NCBI RefSeq assembly: GCF_006345805.1
Contig: NC_043010.1
Coordinates: forward strand, 50,034,001-50,098,000
Length of the DNA: 64,000 nt
Origin: Octopus sinensis
Taxonomy: Eukaryota
Direction of reading: 5' to 3'
A program made the position numbers and the translations under genes. Below, piece by piece: positions 27,301 through 41,650 of the stretch. Numbering within the stretch: position 1 is the first letter of the stretch; every line of letters starts with the position of its first letter. The notes beneath the pieces were generated by a model that worked only from the letters and a program-made list of their open reading frames with translations, was not told where the DNA came from and searched no databases.

Positions 27301-30300
27301 AAAAGGTAAATTTTTGAGATTAATCTTTGGGTAAAAATTCTATAACAGAGGTTGTTAGGGTTTGTTAGTTTGTTCATTTTATTTTAAGAGTTGAGTCAGT
27401 GTTAACATATTTAACCCTTTCGTTACTGTATTTATTTTGAGATACTCTGTGTTTCTTTCAATTACTTTAACTATAACAAAGAATTTAGTAAAATAACTTA
27501 GTTATCATTCAGCTAGTGTTAGGAACATAAATTGTGACTAAGGTTTGGTGGAAGATATTAATTCAAAACTTACGAAAACAAGACATTTGTACTCAGAACC
27601 AGAGCTGTTTTCAGCCGGGTTGGATAACGAAAGGGTTAATGCTAGTAATGTTAAAATACTAACTAGAAACGTTTATTACATCAAGAGCAGTATCCCAAGC
27701 ATCAGTCATTGCTAACCCTTCATAATACACAACACTGTGTTGCTGTATTAGATGAAGAACACTTTGAGCTGTGTGGCTGATCATTTGTTTTATCTTGGCA
27801 TTACAGTTACTCCATCTGAAGTGAACACTACAATTTTTATTCTGTATTTGATTGGTCTTATAGAAATCTTTGATCACATTTGTAATTGATTCAACTTTGC
27901 AAAGATTCAGTTTTAAAATTCTTCCAAAATTTGTCTAGTAGTTCTCACTGTTTTCTTGAAATTTGCTTTTGTCAACAATTTTCTGGTAATTACGTTTGTT
28001 GAATTTTTAATGCTTTGGCTGCAAACTTAATTTCACGGTCATTCCCATAATGATGTTAATTATCCACTGAAAAATAAAATTGATATTTTCTGCTCCTGCA
28101 ATACTTTTCCAGTATCTCCTGTAGGTACAGCTTTCATATCTACCCCTAAAAGCATTTGATTCTTGCTCTGAAAAATTGTCTTTTGTTAAATGTGTTGAGG
28201 GAGTAATCTCACCTTTCCACAGCATAAGGAGAAATTTTTTTCAAAGCTGTGAGGTAAAACCACTTTCCACACTTCATGGCAATGAAATTTTGAGTGGATA
28301 TATCTCCCTCCCACATTCAAAAGGGTTAACGGATGACACAAATTATTACTTGTATTGAGTTGTCCGGAAAGTTCGTGCCTATTTTTAAAGGAAAGAAAAA
28401 GGTCAATAAATACTTGCCATTACATTTTTAATCAACCAAATATGAACCATTTTGTTGCACAATGCGTCTCCATCTTTCCTTTAAATCGAAAATACCCTCT
28501 TCTCAGAATTGAGGTGGTTTCATGGCAAAGAATTCATCAAGTTATCTTTTTATGTCATCCAAGGAATTTAAATTTTTACCATTAAGACTATTCTGCAGAG
28601 ACCTGAATAAGTAGAAATCCGAAGGAGCAATATCTGGTGAATATGGAGGGTGGGGTAACACATCCCAGCCAAGCTGCAGCAATTTTTGTCTGGTTCCCAA
28701 AGCATCAAGTGCCGAAGATGAACTTTCTTATTTTCCATTTTAAAGGGCTACAAAATTAACATAGGTTATAAATCTTTTTCCTTGAAAAGATACTTAAACT
28801 GTGCTCTAAATGGCGGTGTAGTCAAATTCTATTTTATGGACTCAACCATGTTCTAAAATAAGTTGAAAGGTAAGCTACTATAAATCGGCACGAACTTTCC
28901 GGACAACCCAATACAAACTTAAATGGCATATCTTTTACTATATGATCATGTATATGCTGTACAGAGTTCATTAAGATATCTATATGTATTACAACTAATA
29001 CATTCTTTCGAAGGGTCTGTTTCATTTGCCTTTATTCCCTTTGCTTTTATTTGTCTCTCTCTCTTTATCTGAGATTCTCTCAGAAAGTACATTTAATGGT
29101 TAAATAATCCTGTTGCTAAGAATTTCAATAGCAGAAATATGTTGCTTCAGTGGTAAAATGCCTTTTCAGGTAATCTTGTTTCCACTCTTCACAGCAGTAG
29201 TAAATATGATAGAAACTTGTTTTATTTGAAATTTCACAGATTAAACAGTGACATCAAATGTCAATAATGTCACAACCTTACTCATTAGATTTGCTACAGC
29301 ACTCGAACAGTTCTAACCTGGTTTAATACTTCATGGCAGGATTTCCCAACAGTCAGAGAAACAGATACCATGGCACAGTCTGTCTGATGCTCAGATGACT
29401 CAGCCATAATGCTGCCTATATGTAGATAACATATGGATAAACTGTGTGTGTGTGTGTATGTATGATAGATAGATAGCTATAGATAGAATCAATTCAACTG
29501 TCATTACTTTTTCATCCATGCTGCAATATGCTGTTTCATTACTGAACTTATTTTCTCATTTATATGAAACTTTCAAAATTAGTATGCACCATAATTCTCT
29601 CCCCCCTCTCTCATTTCCCCCATCTCCTCTCCCTCTCCTTCCCCCTATCCCCTCCCCTCTCCCTTCTAATAGAAAGCTTAGTAGGTCTAGTGAGGAAGTG
29701 TGGTGACCTCAGACTGGCAATGGGGAAGAAAGGAAAAGAAAATCTATGACCTTGTCTAAATGCTTGCAACAGTGTGAGTTCTGGAAAGGTAACTGGGGCT
29801 TAGGTCACGGCATTAAGCCAAGTGTTGGATTAAATCTACCAAGGAACAGGTACAATCCATCTGAAGGGCTTCTGCCCAGTTTCTGTCTGTCTAGTTTCAC
29901 TCGTGAGGCTTAGATTGATCCAAGATTTTTCTCATTTGCTGTTTCTGGTTTGTTATTTCAGTGTGAAGGTCTTGAACAAGAATTAGAAAGCTTAAAAGAA
30001 AAATACGAAGAACTTATTTTAGACCATGATATTTTAGAAAATGAAATCAAGGACAAAGGTAAGTTATATCCTTTTTGGGTTTATTGATGTTTGTAAGTGT
30101 TCCTGTAGTTTTACTTGGCTTTGTTATTGGGAAGTCTCAGATCAGCTCTGGTAGAATATTTCTATGATTTGAGGTATTCTACTTATGATCATCCAACCTT
30201 TTATTCAGACATAATGTGCTCCAAACTCTATTATCCTGTGTTTCTTCTGATTTTCAAGAACATATGCAACCTTAGTGTTTAAGCAACTGGGCTCTCAAAC

Positions 30301-33300
30301 ATTAGATCCAGTTCAAAGTCTTGCCCAAAGAACACATATTGTGTCCTTGGGCAAGATATTTAATTAATCCAATCAGCTGGTTAAAATAATCTTTAAAATT
30401 CACTGAATGCTCTGTGAACAGTAAATTAGTGTGGCAGTCTTAACAAGGTAGGGATACAACCAAAAATCTTCACACACGAAGAGGAATACATCCAGCAGTG
30501 GATTGTTATATTTTAACTTTGACCCTTTAGCAATTAAGCCAGCCATGTCTCGCCAAAATATTGTACCTGCTTTATGTTCAAACTGACCAAATCCAGCCTT
30601 TCACACCTATCATACAATGTAATTCTAAAAGTAAACAATCACATCATTGATATCTCAAAGCAACAAGATAATTCATGATTAAGTCAAAGCAATATGAATA
30701 AGCAAGCAATAAGAAACCTGAATGCTAAAGGGTTAACTTTTACTATTTTTCTTTTTAAGATAGTTGATTATGATTCGAGATATTTGGCTGCTACTTACAG
30801 CAAGTCAAGTGAGCACATAAAGGTTCTACTGTTCTCTGATATTTGTTGAATTGTTGGAGGGCATTGACTGTTAGCAGTGATTAAAAAAAAAATTTTTTTT
30901 TGTTTTGATCCTATCTGCCACTCATTAGTTAAGTTAAGTTAATTTTTTGGCTCAAAAAGCAAAAAGCAAGGCTGTGTAGGGGGACATGGAGTTATGTACA
31001 GGGTGGTGTTCATACAAAGAGTTCAGGCCATTTGTGGTCAAGGGAGACTTTGAACCGAGCTGTTGTTGGCATCTTCACTCTCGTCCAGCAGCTTATTCCA
31101 CGGATCCGCAACCCGGACGGAGAAAGCCCCTCTCCTTCGATTGAGATGAAATCGTCACAGATAGAGCTTTTCGGAGTGACCCCGCAGCTGGAGTGAAGAA
31201 CAGCTCTTTCGAGAGGTTACACTTTCCGCTTATGATGTGAGCAAGAATGAAATCACCACGGCGTTGTCGTTTTTCTAGAGAATAAAGGTCGAGTGTCTTC
31301 AGCCTTTCTTCATAAGACAAATGCTTGAGACCAAGTACCAAGTACCAATAAGTCTAACATAAGATATGAATTCTGCTAGAGCTTTGATTGATATAAAAGA
31401 AAGTGTTTGTCAAATCCATCTTTAAAATATAAAACAAAAAAAAAAAACAATTCTTTTTTTGGAAATTTTTTTTTTTTCTTGTAGGTACTGAAGGTGTTGC
31501 TGCTAATTATGAATGCAAGCAGGTGGAGCTCCAGAATGAGCGTCTGAAAGAAGCTCTAGTTAAGTAAGTTAATAGACAAAATAAATACCTTGATCTTCTC
31601 AATAAATGTAAACTCCCTATACCTCTCATATATTATGGCATACAGTAATCCCTCGACTATTGCAGTTCTTATGTTCCCAAAAGCCCTTATGATTGGTGAT
31701 AATCTGTGAAGTGAAAACAATTCTGTACTGTATAGTTTTTTTAAAATTATTTTTATAATTTCTATATATTTATTTTATTATAAATGCAAAACAACACAGA
31801 GGAATCGACGTAAGCTTAAATAATAAACCACAATAGGTGAACTGCAATATGGCAAGGGATTACTCTAGCTGTATAGCTAAGAAAGTACTCTGCAACCACA
31901 TGCTTGTTTTCAAATTTTTTTTTATTCAGTCTCTGGGCATGTATTTTTGCCATAGTCTGTTAAACTGATAAAAATTCTGTGAGTAAAATTTAGTAGATGT
32001 AAACTTAGTAGAAGCTTATTGTGTATATGTGTATGGAATAAAGAATTTGTCATTCCTTGCATTCTGTTCCATTCAGATATGTTATTTTACACCTAAGATA
32101 ACTGGGTGGAATAATTACCAGACAAGTCTATTACGATCAATGTAAATGAATAAAACCATTTAAAAAGCATTTATTGGCCAGAGCAACAAGCTGGCCTCCG
32201 TGCCGATGGCACGTGAAAAATACTATTTGAGCATGATTGTTACATGTGTCGCCTTACTAGCACTTGTGCTGGTGGCACGTGAAAAAACATTTGAGCGAGG
32301 TCGTTGCCAGTGCTGCTGGACTGACTCCTGTGCAGGTGGCACATAAAAAGCACCATTTGAGTGTGGCTGTTGCCAGTACTGCCCGACTAGCCTTCGTGCC
32401 GGTGGCACATAAAAGCACCCACTACACTCTTGGAGTGGTTGGCATTTGGAAGGGCATCCAGCTGTAGAAACTCTGCCAGATCAGATTGGGGTCTGGTGCA
32501 GCCATCTGGTTCGCTAGACCTCAGTCAAATCGTCCAACCCATGCCAGCATGGAAAGTGGACGTTAAACGATGATGATGATGATTCCAAGTTTTATTCTTT
32601 CATTATTTTTTTCTTTTTTAGGATGAGAGATTTGTCAAATGAAGAAAAGCATGAAAACCAAAGGCTAGGGAAACAAAATGAGAAACTACAAAGTGAAGTG
32701 GTTGGACTGAGGAAAGATAAAGAGAAACAGCTTAATGAAATCCTGGAACTGCAGAACCAAACAATTGAGCTAAAAGAACAGGTAATGAGTTCATTGTCAC
32801 TTCTGTTATATGTCTGTTTAGCTCAAAAGTAGAATGGCTTAATATTAGCTTTGAGTCAGAAAATTTTAGTCATACACATACTGTGTGACTTGCAGTGGAA
32901 GGTACTTATAAAAAAAAGACCCCCTTCGGTCATGAATGACCATGGGATTGCACCTAAAAAGTTCCCCTCCATGACACAAGTCCAGGCTAGGTTGTTTATA
33001 GAAGACCAGCATCCACACATGCATGTCAGCCTCCCCTCTCCACGCCACTGATGTTATCCAAGGGAAAGGCAAAGGCCAATACAGTGACATTGCAACTCAT
33101 TTCTACAGCTGAGTGAACTGAAGCAATAAGAAATAAAATGTCTTGCTCAAGAACACAGCACACAGCCTGGTCCAGGAATTGTGAGGGCCTAAGGACTTAG
33201 TAGTAGTTGTTTGATACAACAACTTTAGGCTTCACAGAAGAGTTACAGTCAGTAGAGGTGAAATAATGGAGATTGTATTTGGCAGAGATGGCCATCTGAA

Positions 33301-34413
33301 ATGTATATGGAGTCTATAAATATTAAATCAATAATAATTTCAAAAAAAAGTATGTTGGTTAGAATTTTACTTCTGTGGCTTTGAATAAGTATTTGGTTTA
33401 AAATTCTAAGAATGTTACTGGGTACGGCAGGCACCAAAAGAAGCTGAAGAGTGCAATGGCTGAAACAGTGTGCCTTGAGCAAGCAAGCTAAGGACACCAG
33501 GTGAATAAATCAGTATAAGATATCAATGTTCTGGTTTAGATTTTTTTCAGACAAGAATTCACTGCAACAAATTTGAAGATGGAAATTCTTTTATCCGAAA
33601 TGAATTTTTACTGTAAAATGAAATATGTATTCAATTTTTGTTTTTTCAAAATGTTATATTTTATTTTTTGCTTTAATGAGAAGCATAGTAGCGCTCAGAA
33701 TTAAGTCCTGCACTTTTGGTTCCCACAGCAGGCTTTGTGTGACATTGGCTCTAGGCTAAAGTATTTAACCCCTCTTGCTTAAAGCTTTAGTCACAACATG
33801 GGAAAATTATCTTTTACCTTTTACTTGTTACAGTCGTTAGACTGTGGCCATGCTGGAGCACTGCCTTGAAGAATTTTAGTCAAATGAATTGACCCCAGTA
33901 CCCTTTTTTTTAAGCCTGGTACTTATTTTATTGGTTCTTTTTGCTGAACCACTAAATTATGGTGACATAAACATAACAACACAGGTTGTCAAGCAGTGGT
34001 GGGACAGACGCACACACGATGAGCTTCTTTCAGTTTTCACCTACCAAATCCACTCACAGGGCTTTGGTTGCCCTGAGGCTTTAGTAGAAGACACTTGCCC
34101 AAGGTGTCATGCAGTGGAACTGAACTGGGAACCACATGACCACTCCTGCACCTTATCAATTTTTATTAATAACTTCATTGTTCTATTCTCCTGTTCAACT
34201 GGAAAGTCTTGTAAGTATTGTAAGATATAAAGATATAATATCAGCCTCGAAAAATTGGTTTTTAATCTGCTAACTTTTTTCCCCACTTTTTTTTCTGTCT
34301 TAACTTTAAATTTTGAAATCTTTGTCTGTATATATATATATATAACATATGGTTTTGCATTCATGTAGTTGTGTTTATTATACGTGTGTGTGTGTGTGCG
34401 CATATATTTGTGT

Positions 34414-34483
<70 letters not shown>

Positions 34484-37400
34484 ATATTTATTTGTATTTT
34501 TTTTATAATTTAGATCATAGCGGTGTCATGATTGGTGAATGATCTCAGTTAATCTTTTGTTCTGATAATGTAATTGTTTTTCAGTTATCGGAAGTTCTAG
34601 CCAAGGTAAACACAGGGTAGATTCTCCAAGCCTCCAGCAGGTTGATTCCTTCTTTTTGCTTTCAACAGTCCAAATTGCTTTAAGTTTCCCATGAATTGGG
34701 TTGCTTTATCTGCCTTGAAAATTTGACTTTCAATTTGGGATCATAGATTTTTTTTCTTTTTACCCCTTTTTTTCCCCTTCTAAACCTCAAAGCCTTTGTT
34801 TTTGTTTGTTCATAACTTATGGTCAAAAACACTTGGACAGTTTATATAAACTAAAGGTTTCAAGATTTGTTCAACCTTAGCCCTTAAGCATTCAGATTAT
34901 TCTGGTAAATATTATGCTTAATTATTCAATTACTTTGTAATTAATCATGCACCATCTCATAGCTGTGAGATTTTGATGTTTGTGTAGATTGACATTGTAG
35001 GATAGGTGTGAGATACCAGATCTGGTTGGTTTGAACATACAACAGGTTGGATGTTTAGGCTGGATATGGCCGGTTTAACCCTTTTGTTACCAACCTGGCT
35101 GAAACCGGCTCTGGCTCTGAGTGCAAATGTCTTGTTTTCATTAGTTTTGATTTAAAATCTTCCACTAAACCTTAGTCACAATTTATGTTCCTAACACTAG
35201 CTTAATGATAACTAAGTTATTTTACTAAATTCTTTGTTATGTTTAAAGTAATTGAAAGAAACACAGAGCATCTCAACAGAAATACAGTAATGAAAGGGTT
35301 AAATGCTAAAATATTACAAAATGTAATACTTTATACACAGACATCATTATCACTCTACATTGATGTTAGAGAATTAACTAGGATTAATTAGTAAGAAATA
35401 TATTTATGTTATCATTATTTTTTATTGATTACTTGTTTCAGTCATTGGACTGTGATCATGCTGGGTACCATCTCGAAGGGTTCAAATCGAACAAATTGAC
35501 CTCAGTACTTTTTTTGAAAATCTGACTCTTATTTTATTGGTCTGTCTTGCTGAAACTGCTTGGTGATGGGGATGTAAACAAACCAGCATTGGTTGTCAAG
35601 TGGTGATGTAGATTTACACAAACTCACATATATAATAGATCTACACACAGTTTTCATCTACCAAATTCACTCAATGCATTGTAGGATCGAACCCAAAACC
35701 ATGAGGTTGCAAAGCCAGTTTCTTAACCACATAACCATGCCTGCGCCTATGTTCTTCATCATACAGCCATGCATTCATTTGTGTGAATTATCTTTTATTA
35801 AAAAAAGTATTGCATCTTTTTATATCCTAAACTTGGTGTAAAAGGGAATTTAACTAGCATATTTCTTCAAAACCTACACTAACAGTCATTGCTTTTTTAA
35901 CATGAAAATCTGTATTTCATTATATTAAACCATTATTTTGTCTGGCATTTTATCGACAGGTGATATTCTTTCTAGAATCTGTTTTAGAATATAATATTCA
36001 AAGAACATTCAAACCACCTTGATTAATGCTTCCATCCTGGCTGACCGTGTTGGTGCTAGTGCCACATAAAAAGCACCTGGGCTGGTGCCACATAAAAACA
36101 CCTATGCTAATGCTAGATAATAAAAACATCCGTGCCCAGTGCACTCTGTAAAGTGGTTGGTGTTAAGGAGGGTACCCAGCCATGGAAACCCAACCAAAAC
36201 ACAGGAATGGAACCTGGTGTAGCTCTCCAGCTTGCCAGCTCTAGCTGAACCATCCAACCCATGCCAGCATGGAAAATGGATGTTAAATGATGATGATTCT
36301 AATTCTATAAAATGATTCAATTCATCACACACACATACACACATGTTTGTGACTTTGATGCTTGTATGCTAGAAGATACTGACATTTCAGAGTTATCCCT
36401 TTTTGAAAGAAAAAAAAAAAAAGTCTTTCAGAAGGATGGATGGCCCTCCCCTGTAAAGTTTTTTGTGAGACAGACCATGACCAGTTTCTTTGAACTCTGG
36501 TTTAGTTATATCATTTCTGTTGTCCTTTTGCAGCTGGATTTCAATGCCAGCTTGGATTGGGTGATTCTGTTGTAAAGTTATAATGGGAGTAGGTACTGAA
36601 AGAAAAATTAATTGGTTAAGCTATTAGCGATAATGATGGTGATGATAATATGAAATCAAATAATACTTTAGATGACAACATCCTGGATTATTGATATTCA
36701 CTATGCTTCAATCTGTTTGATCTCCAACCATTACCAGCTACCAAGTCCAAATTTCGTACATTTATTTCAGGTTGGATTCAAACTAGGAACCTTTTGTTTC
36801 TAAACTAATTGCATTTACACCTGTATCTGTCACTGTCAAAAATTTATCTTAGTAACGATGTATCTCAAAATGTTAGGCATTTAACAGTTTTTATTGATGT
36901 AAAGTTGAAGAGAATAACTAATTTTTTAAACTATTATATCCTTCTTTTTTCATAAAAGTATAGCTAAGTTTGGGGTTTGAAAATTTGGATATTTAAATCT
37001 GACTTGGAGCGTTTGCTTTTACTACACTTGTCCTTTCGTAGTACTTATACATTCACAACGAAATATTCAGTCACAAGAGAAGCTTTTATATTACAGTTAG
37101 GCCGACTGAGGCAAGCAGAGTCATGTAATTTGCCCGTGAGACATATTACAGTGACTTCAAATCAACCAAGGGAATGATGTGTAGTCACTTAACCCTTTGC
37201 CTTGTGTATCACATGTGGTACAAAGGATATTTTTTTCTGGGTAACTTGGTAATTATGAAAAAAAAAAAAAGCTTTATATTACTGAGAATGTATGAAACGA
37301 GGGCCTAACTAAAAGTCTGAAAACAATGATGGATGTTTAGGACCAACTTATGAAAATGCTTCCTACAGGCAAAGGATTAGCTTGCATATCTGCACATTGG

Positions 37401-38969
37401 TTATTTTAATGTAAGGATCAAGTGCTTAACACTTTTGTGTTCATATTACTCTGTCAAATGTAGTGCTTATTTATTCACGTTATTTTGGATTAATTATGCA
37501 TTGTCTTGTAGCTTTGAAATTTTGATGATGTGTTTGTCTATTCTTACAATGACATTGTAAGGTAGGTGTGACGTCCCAGCTCTGGCCAGTTTGAACATAA
37601 AACAGGTAGAATATTTGAGCTGGATATGGTCAGTTTAAAAGCTAAAGGGTTAATGTCCTCCATACTGGAACAACTCATTTTACACTGACTGAACTGGCAT
37701 TGGTTAAAAACATCAATCAAATGTATATTTAGATCAAATATTTCCATACTGCCTCTGAATCTTGGGTATGACTGACTGGTGTTACATAATAATAGCAACA
37801 ATGCAGTGACTAGCAAGACTGTTAATCTATGAAGTGATTTATATTAAAAAAATGCATCAGAAAGTGGTGTACAAGATAGTAAAAAAAACAATGGATGTCT
37901 TGACAAATGTCCAAAGTGTCTAATTGACCAAATTATTACCTTGAAGTTATAAGAAAGAAAATGGAATGTTAAAAACAATGTTTTAAGTGTGAAACATGTT
38001 ATTGTTTGTAGTTACTACTAATGTGGTAATATTGTTGATTAGTAAACTTTTGTAGTATTGCATGCATGGACACATGTATAAACAAACACACACACATATG
38101 CATACATACATAATGTAATGCAGGGCTTCTCAACCAGGGTCCATATGGCCCTTGGGGGCCCATGTAAGATTTTTCTTGTTAAAATTTACAAGCAATAAAT
38201 TGCTTATACTCTTACCATGTACAAAATATTAAATTATTTTTTCGTACAATTCCTAATAAGATTTAATTATAAAAAATACAGTAGGGTCAATGAGACTGAT
38301 AAAGCAAGGGCTGAACATCTGGCGGAACAGAGGGAAAGAGACAAAAGCAGGAGAGATCAGGAATCGGATGCTCATGTGAATACAAACAGAATACATGTAT
38401 CTATGTTTTGCGTAAATCGGACCATGGGTTACCGATATACGTGTTATTTTTTTACGGGTACCTTTATAAATAGCCAAACCTGCGTATAATGGGGAAAATG
38501 CTTTGAAAGTAAGGGACCATTGATATGTGAATACACACGGAATAACATAAGTTTTGCGTAAATCGGACCACAGATTCCTGAGATATGCAGTTTTTTCGGG
38601 TACCTTGAACTATTGGTGACCCAACTGGTCATGGGTAGTCTAGTGTATGTATGTATATGTATATATATATATATATATATATTTATTGAAATGGATAAAT
38701 GAAATATCTTGTTACGGATTATTCAAAATTTAACCGATACCTGGGTAGCAAAAATCACAACAGAAAAAAACACGGTTGAGGTTACGGCCATGGGGTGTCG
38801 CAACCGTGCCTTAGCGTGGATAATTGAAGTTTTATATATTTAGTGAAGGGAAGAAATGGAGCTGAACGAAGATTCTACAAAATTTATGTATTATATATAA
38901 AAAGGAATTTTGTAGAATCTTCGTTCAGCTCCATTTCTTCCCTTCACTAAATAAATATATATATATATA

Positions 38970-39005
<36 letters not shown>

Positions 39006-41616
39006 TAACATACACACACCTGCATATCCATCCATTAGTGGTTAGGGAAGTGGTTTTCAACTAGGTTCCATATAGCCCTTGGGTGGGGGTCCATATAAGA
39101 TTTTGTTGTTAAACTTTATATGTAATAGATTGGTTATAGTTCTAAAACACACAAGTTATTTTAACAATTTTCTTATAAAATTCCTAGTACTATATAATTA
39201 AAAAGCATGATAGGGTTTTTTTTTTAATAAGGAATGGTTAATAGGGTCCATCCAAATAAAATGGGAATCAAAAGAGTCCATAGGTAAAATATGATTGAGA
39301 ACAACTGGGTTAGGGTGTTACATTCATGAGCACAAGATTGTGGCTTTGATTTCCCAAACTGGGAGGTTCTTTGCTTTCTTGAGCAAAACACTTCATTTCT
39401 CTTTGCTCCAGTTGACTCAGCTGTAAATGAGTATAACCTTGCTATGGACTAGCATCCTGTTTAGACAGGAATGTCATGATCTCAGTTACTTATATGCCTA
39501 GTCAGCTGGGTGGTGTCATTTGAATGCTACAACAATGCAAAGAAGTACATTGTGATCAGTGGTGTATAGCAACATCTAATGCATATATGCATGCATACAT
39601 GAGGACTGCTGAAAAGTTCCTGGCTTTAATGGTATTGTGAAGTGCCTGGTTGGAGGCCCAAACTTTCAAATTCTTTTACAGGGCCTAGCAAAACTGAGCT
39701 GCTGCAATAACTAGGTGAATATGTTGAATAAAAATCATTATTAACTGATCATCCTGTATTTTGTTTTACTCAAAGCCAGGGACTTTTCAGCACCCCCTTG
39801 TGTATGTGTGTGTATATATATATATATAAAAAGAATATAAGATGACAGAGAAATAAACGATTATCTTATGAACTTCATTAGCTTACAGCTGTTTCTGCTA
39901 TAAGATGCTGTGGACTCATTGTTGATTGCTTGAGTAATACTTAAGCAATATATATATATATATATAGGAGTCATGCTCCTACTTTTCCTTAATATTGTTA
40001 AATCTTATCAATTATTTATAAATGTAGAGTGTAATTATAACGTCTTCATTTATGTTGTAAATTTATTTTATATTATTGAGACCTGAAGAGTGGCTATGTA
40101 TCTTTGGATCGAAGAAATATCAATTTTTGAGATTATTGATTTTAATATTGTAGATTTGTATACATAGTCACGAAACACGTGTCGTCGTTTTAATGTGTAT
40201 TATTTAGTATAGAAATTTTCAGTACAATATTAATAATAATGTCATTTTAATGTGTATATTTTTAATGTATATTATTTAGTATAGAAATTTTTAGTACAAT
40301 GTTAGTAATATATTTAAATTTATATTTTATTATAGATATCTTTAATTATTAATTAAATTACTTTATGGAGGTTCTGTCTTTTAATTCTCTCTCTCTCTCT
40401 ATATATATATATATTTGCTCACACACTAATACGTAAATAGTCATTCAATATAACATATAGCATTTGTTACTTTGAAGATTTGTATTGCATATATTCGTTA
40501 CTTACGATTACTTACTGCTCTACAACTAATACTTCACTCCAGCCTGTATAAGATTTCTTTCACCATTTCTGTTTGTTCGTTTTGAGTTCTGATAGGAACA
40601 CACTTGCATCTATATATAGATGCACATCTCTGTGTATATGCCTCCATGCACACTTTTATTATTCTGACTGTATAGATATTTATTTATTTATGTTATACAG
40701 ACACAGCAGTTTAAGCATTTGATTACTAAAATCTCTGTAGCTCATTCTTTACTGTAGTCTGAACCAGACAATAACATATTTTTAAAAAATTTAAAATGAA
40801 TGTACATATCTGTTCAAATATGTATGTAAGCGCATATGAACATATATACGTAAGTATGTACATGCAGACATGCACATACAAACATCCATCTACGGTAATG
40901 CATGCATATGGATACATACACACACACACACACAGAAAAAAAGGGAAATTTTACAGATTTCTCTTGTAAATATTCAGTCGCTACTCAAATCATAACTACC
41001 ACTCTGTGACATTGTTCATTCTCTTCTGCGATACATTAGCAAGACAAGTGATGTGAAGTGAAAAGGCTCTGACCTGGAATTAATTTGAGCCATGGACTTA
41101 ACGTACTGATATTTTCCATGAAAATATAATTGCATTTTAATCATTTTCTTGTTCTTTTTTTTCTTTTGGCTTCATATTTCACCATTTCATTTTAATTTTG
41201 CAACGAAATCTTCAGTTTTCTCCTCAAACCTAACCTTATAATGTATTTATTAATTTGATATTCTACTCCTAAGATTAAACCTCACTAATACATAGTTGGT
41301 CTTACCATAGAAGCTTTGGTTTTATTTTAGAGGCTCTAGTCCTTGAAGGTTCAATAATTCACAGTAGTTATATAGTTTACTGCTTGTTAGTTGTTTTGTT
41401 TGTTTGTTTAGTCAAGCACTAAATTTTGATAACTCATTGGTTAAGGTCTTTCACCAGCACTAGTTAAAACTTAAAATAAAATTACGCTGACTTTAATTAC
41501 ACTGACTTTAACTCTCTAAAGTGGTATTTATTTTGGGTTTTTTTAAAAATTATTATTATCAATTATATTTGCTTTAAGGTATCCCTAACAATTTTCTCAT
41601 TTTTCTAAATTATACT

Positions 41617-41650
<34 letters not shown>

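Noticed and set aside
33444-33476. CTGAAGA-GTGCAATGGCT-GAAAC compact hammerhead-like motif
   Set aside because: No convincing stem II and no NUH cleavage triplet in position.
34514-34534. Another 21-nt AG...GT segment upstream of the heptad microexon
   Set aside because: In-frame TGA and only ~50 nt to the next acceptor; no support as a coding exon.
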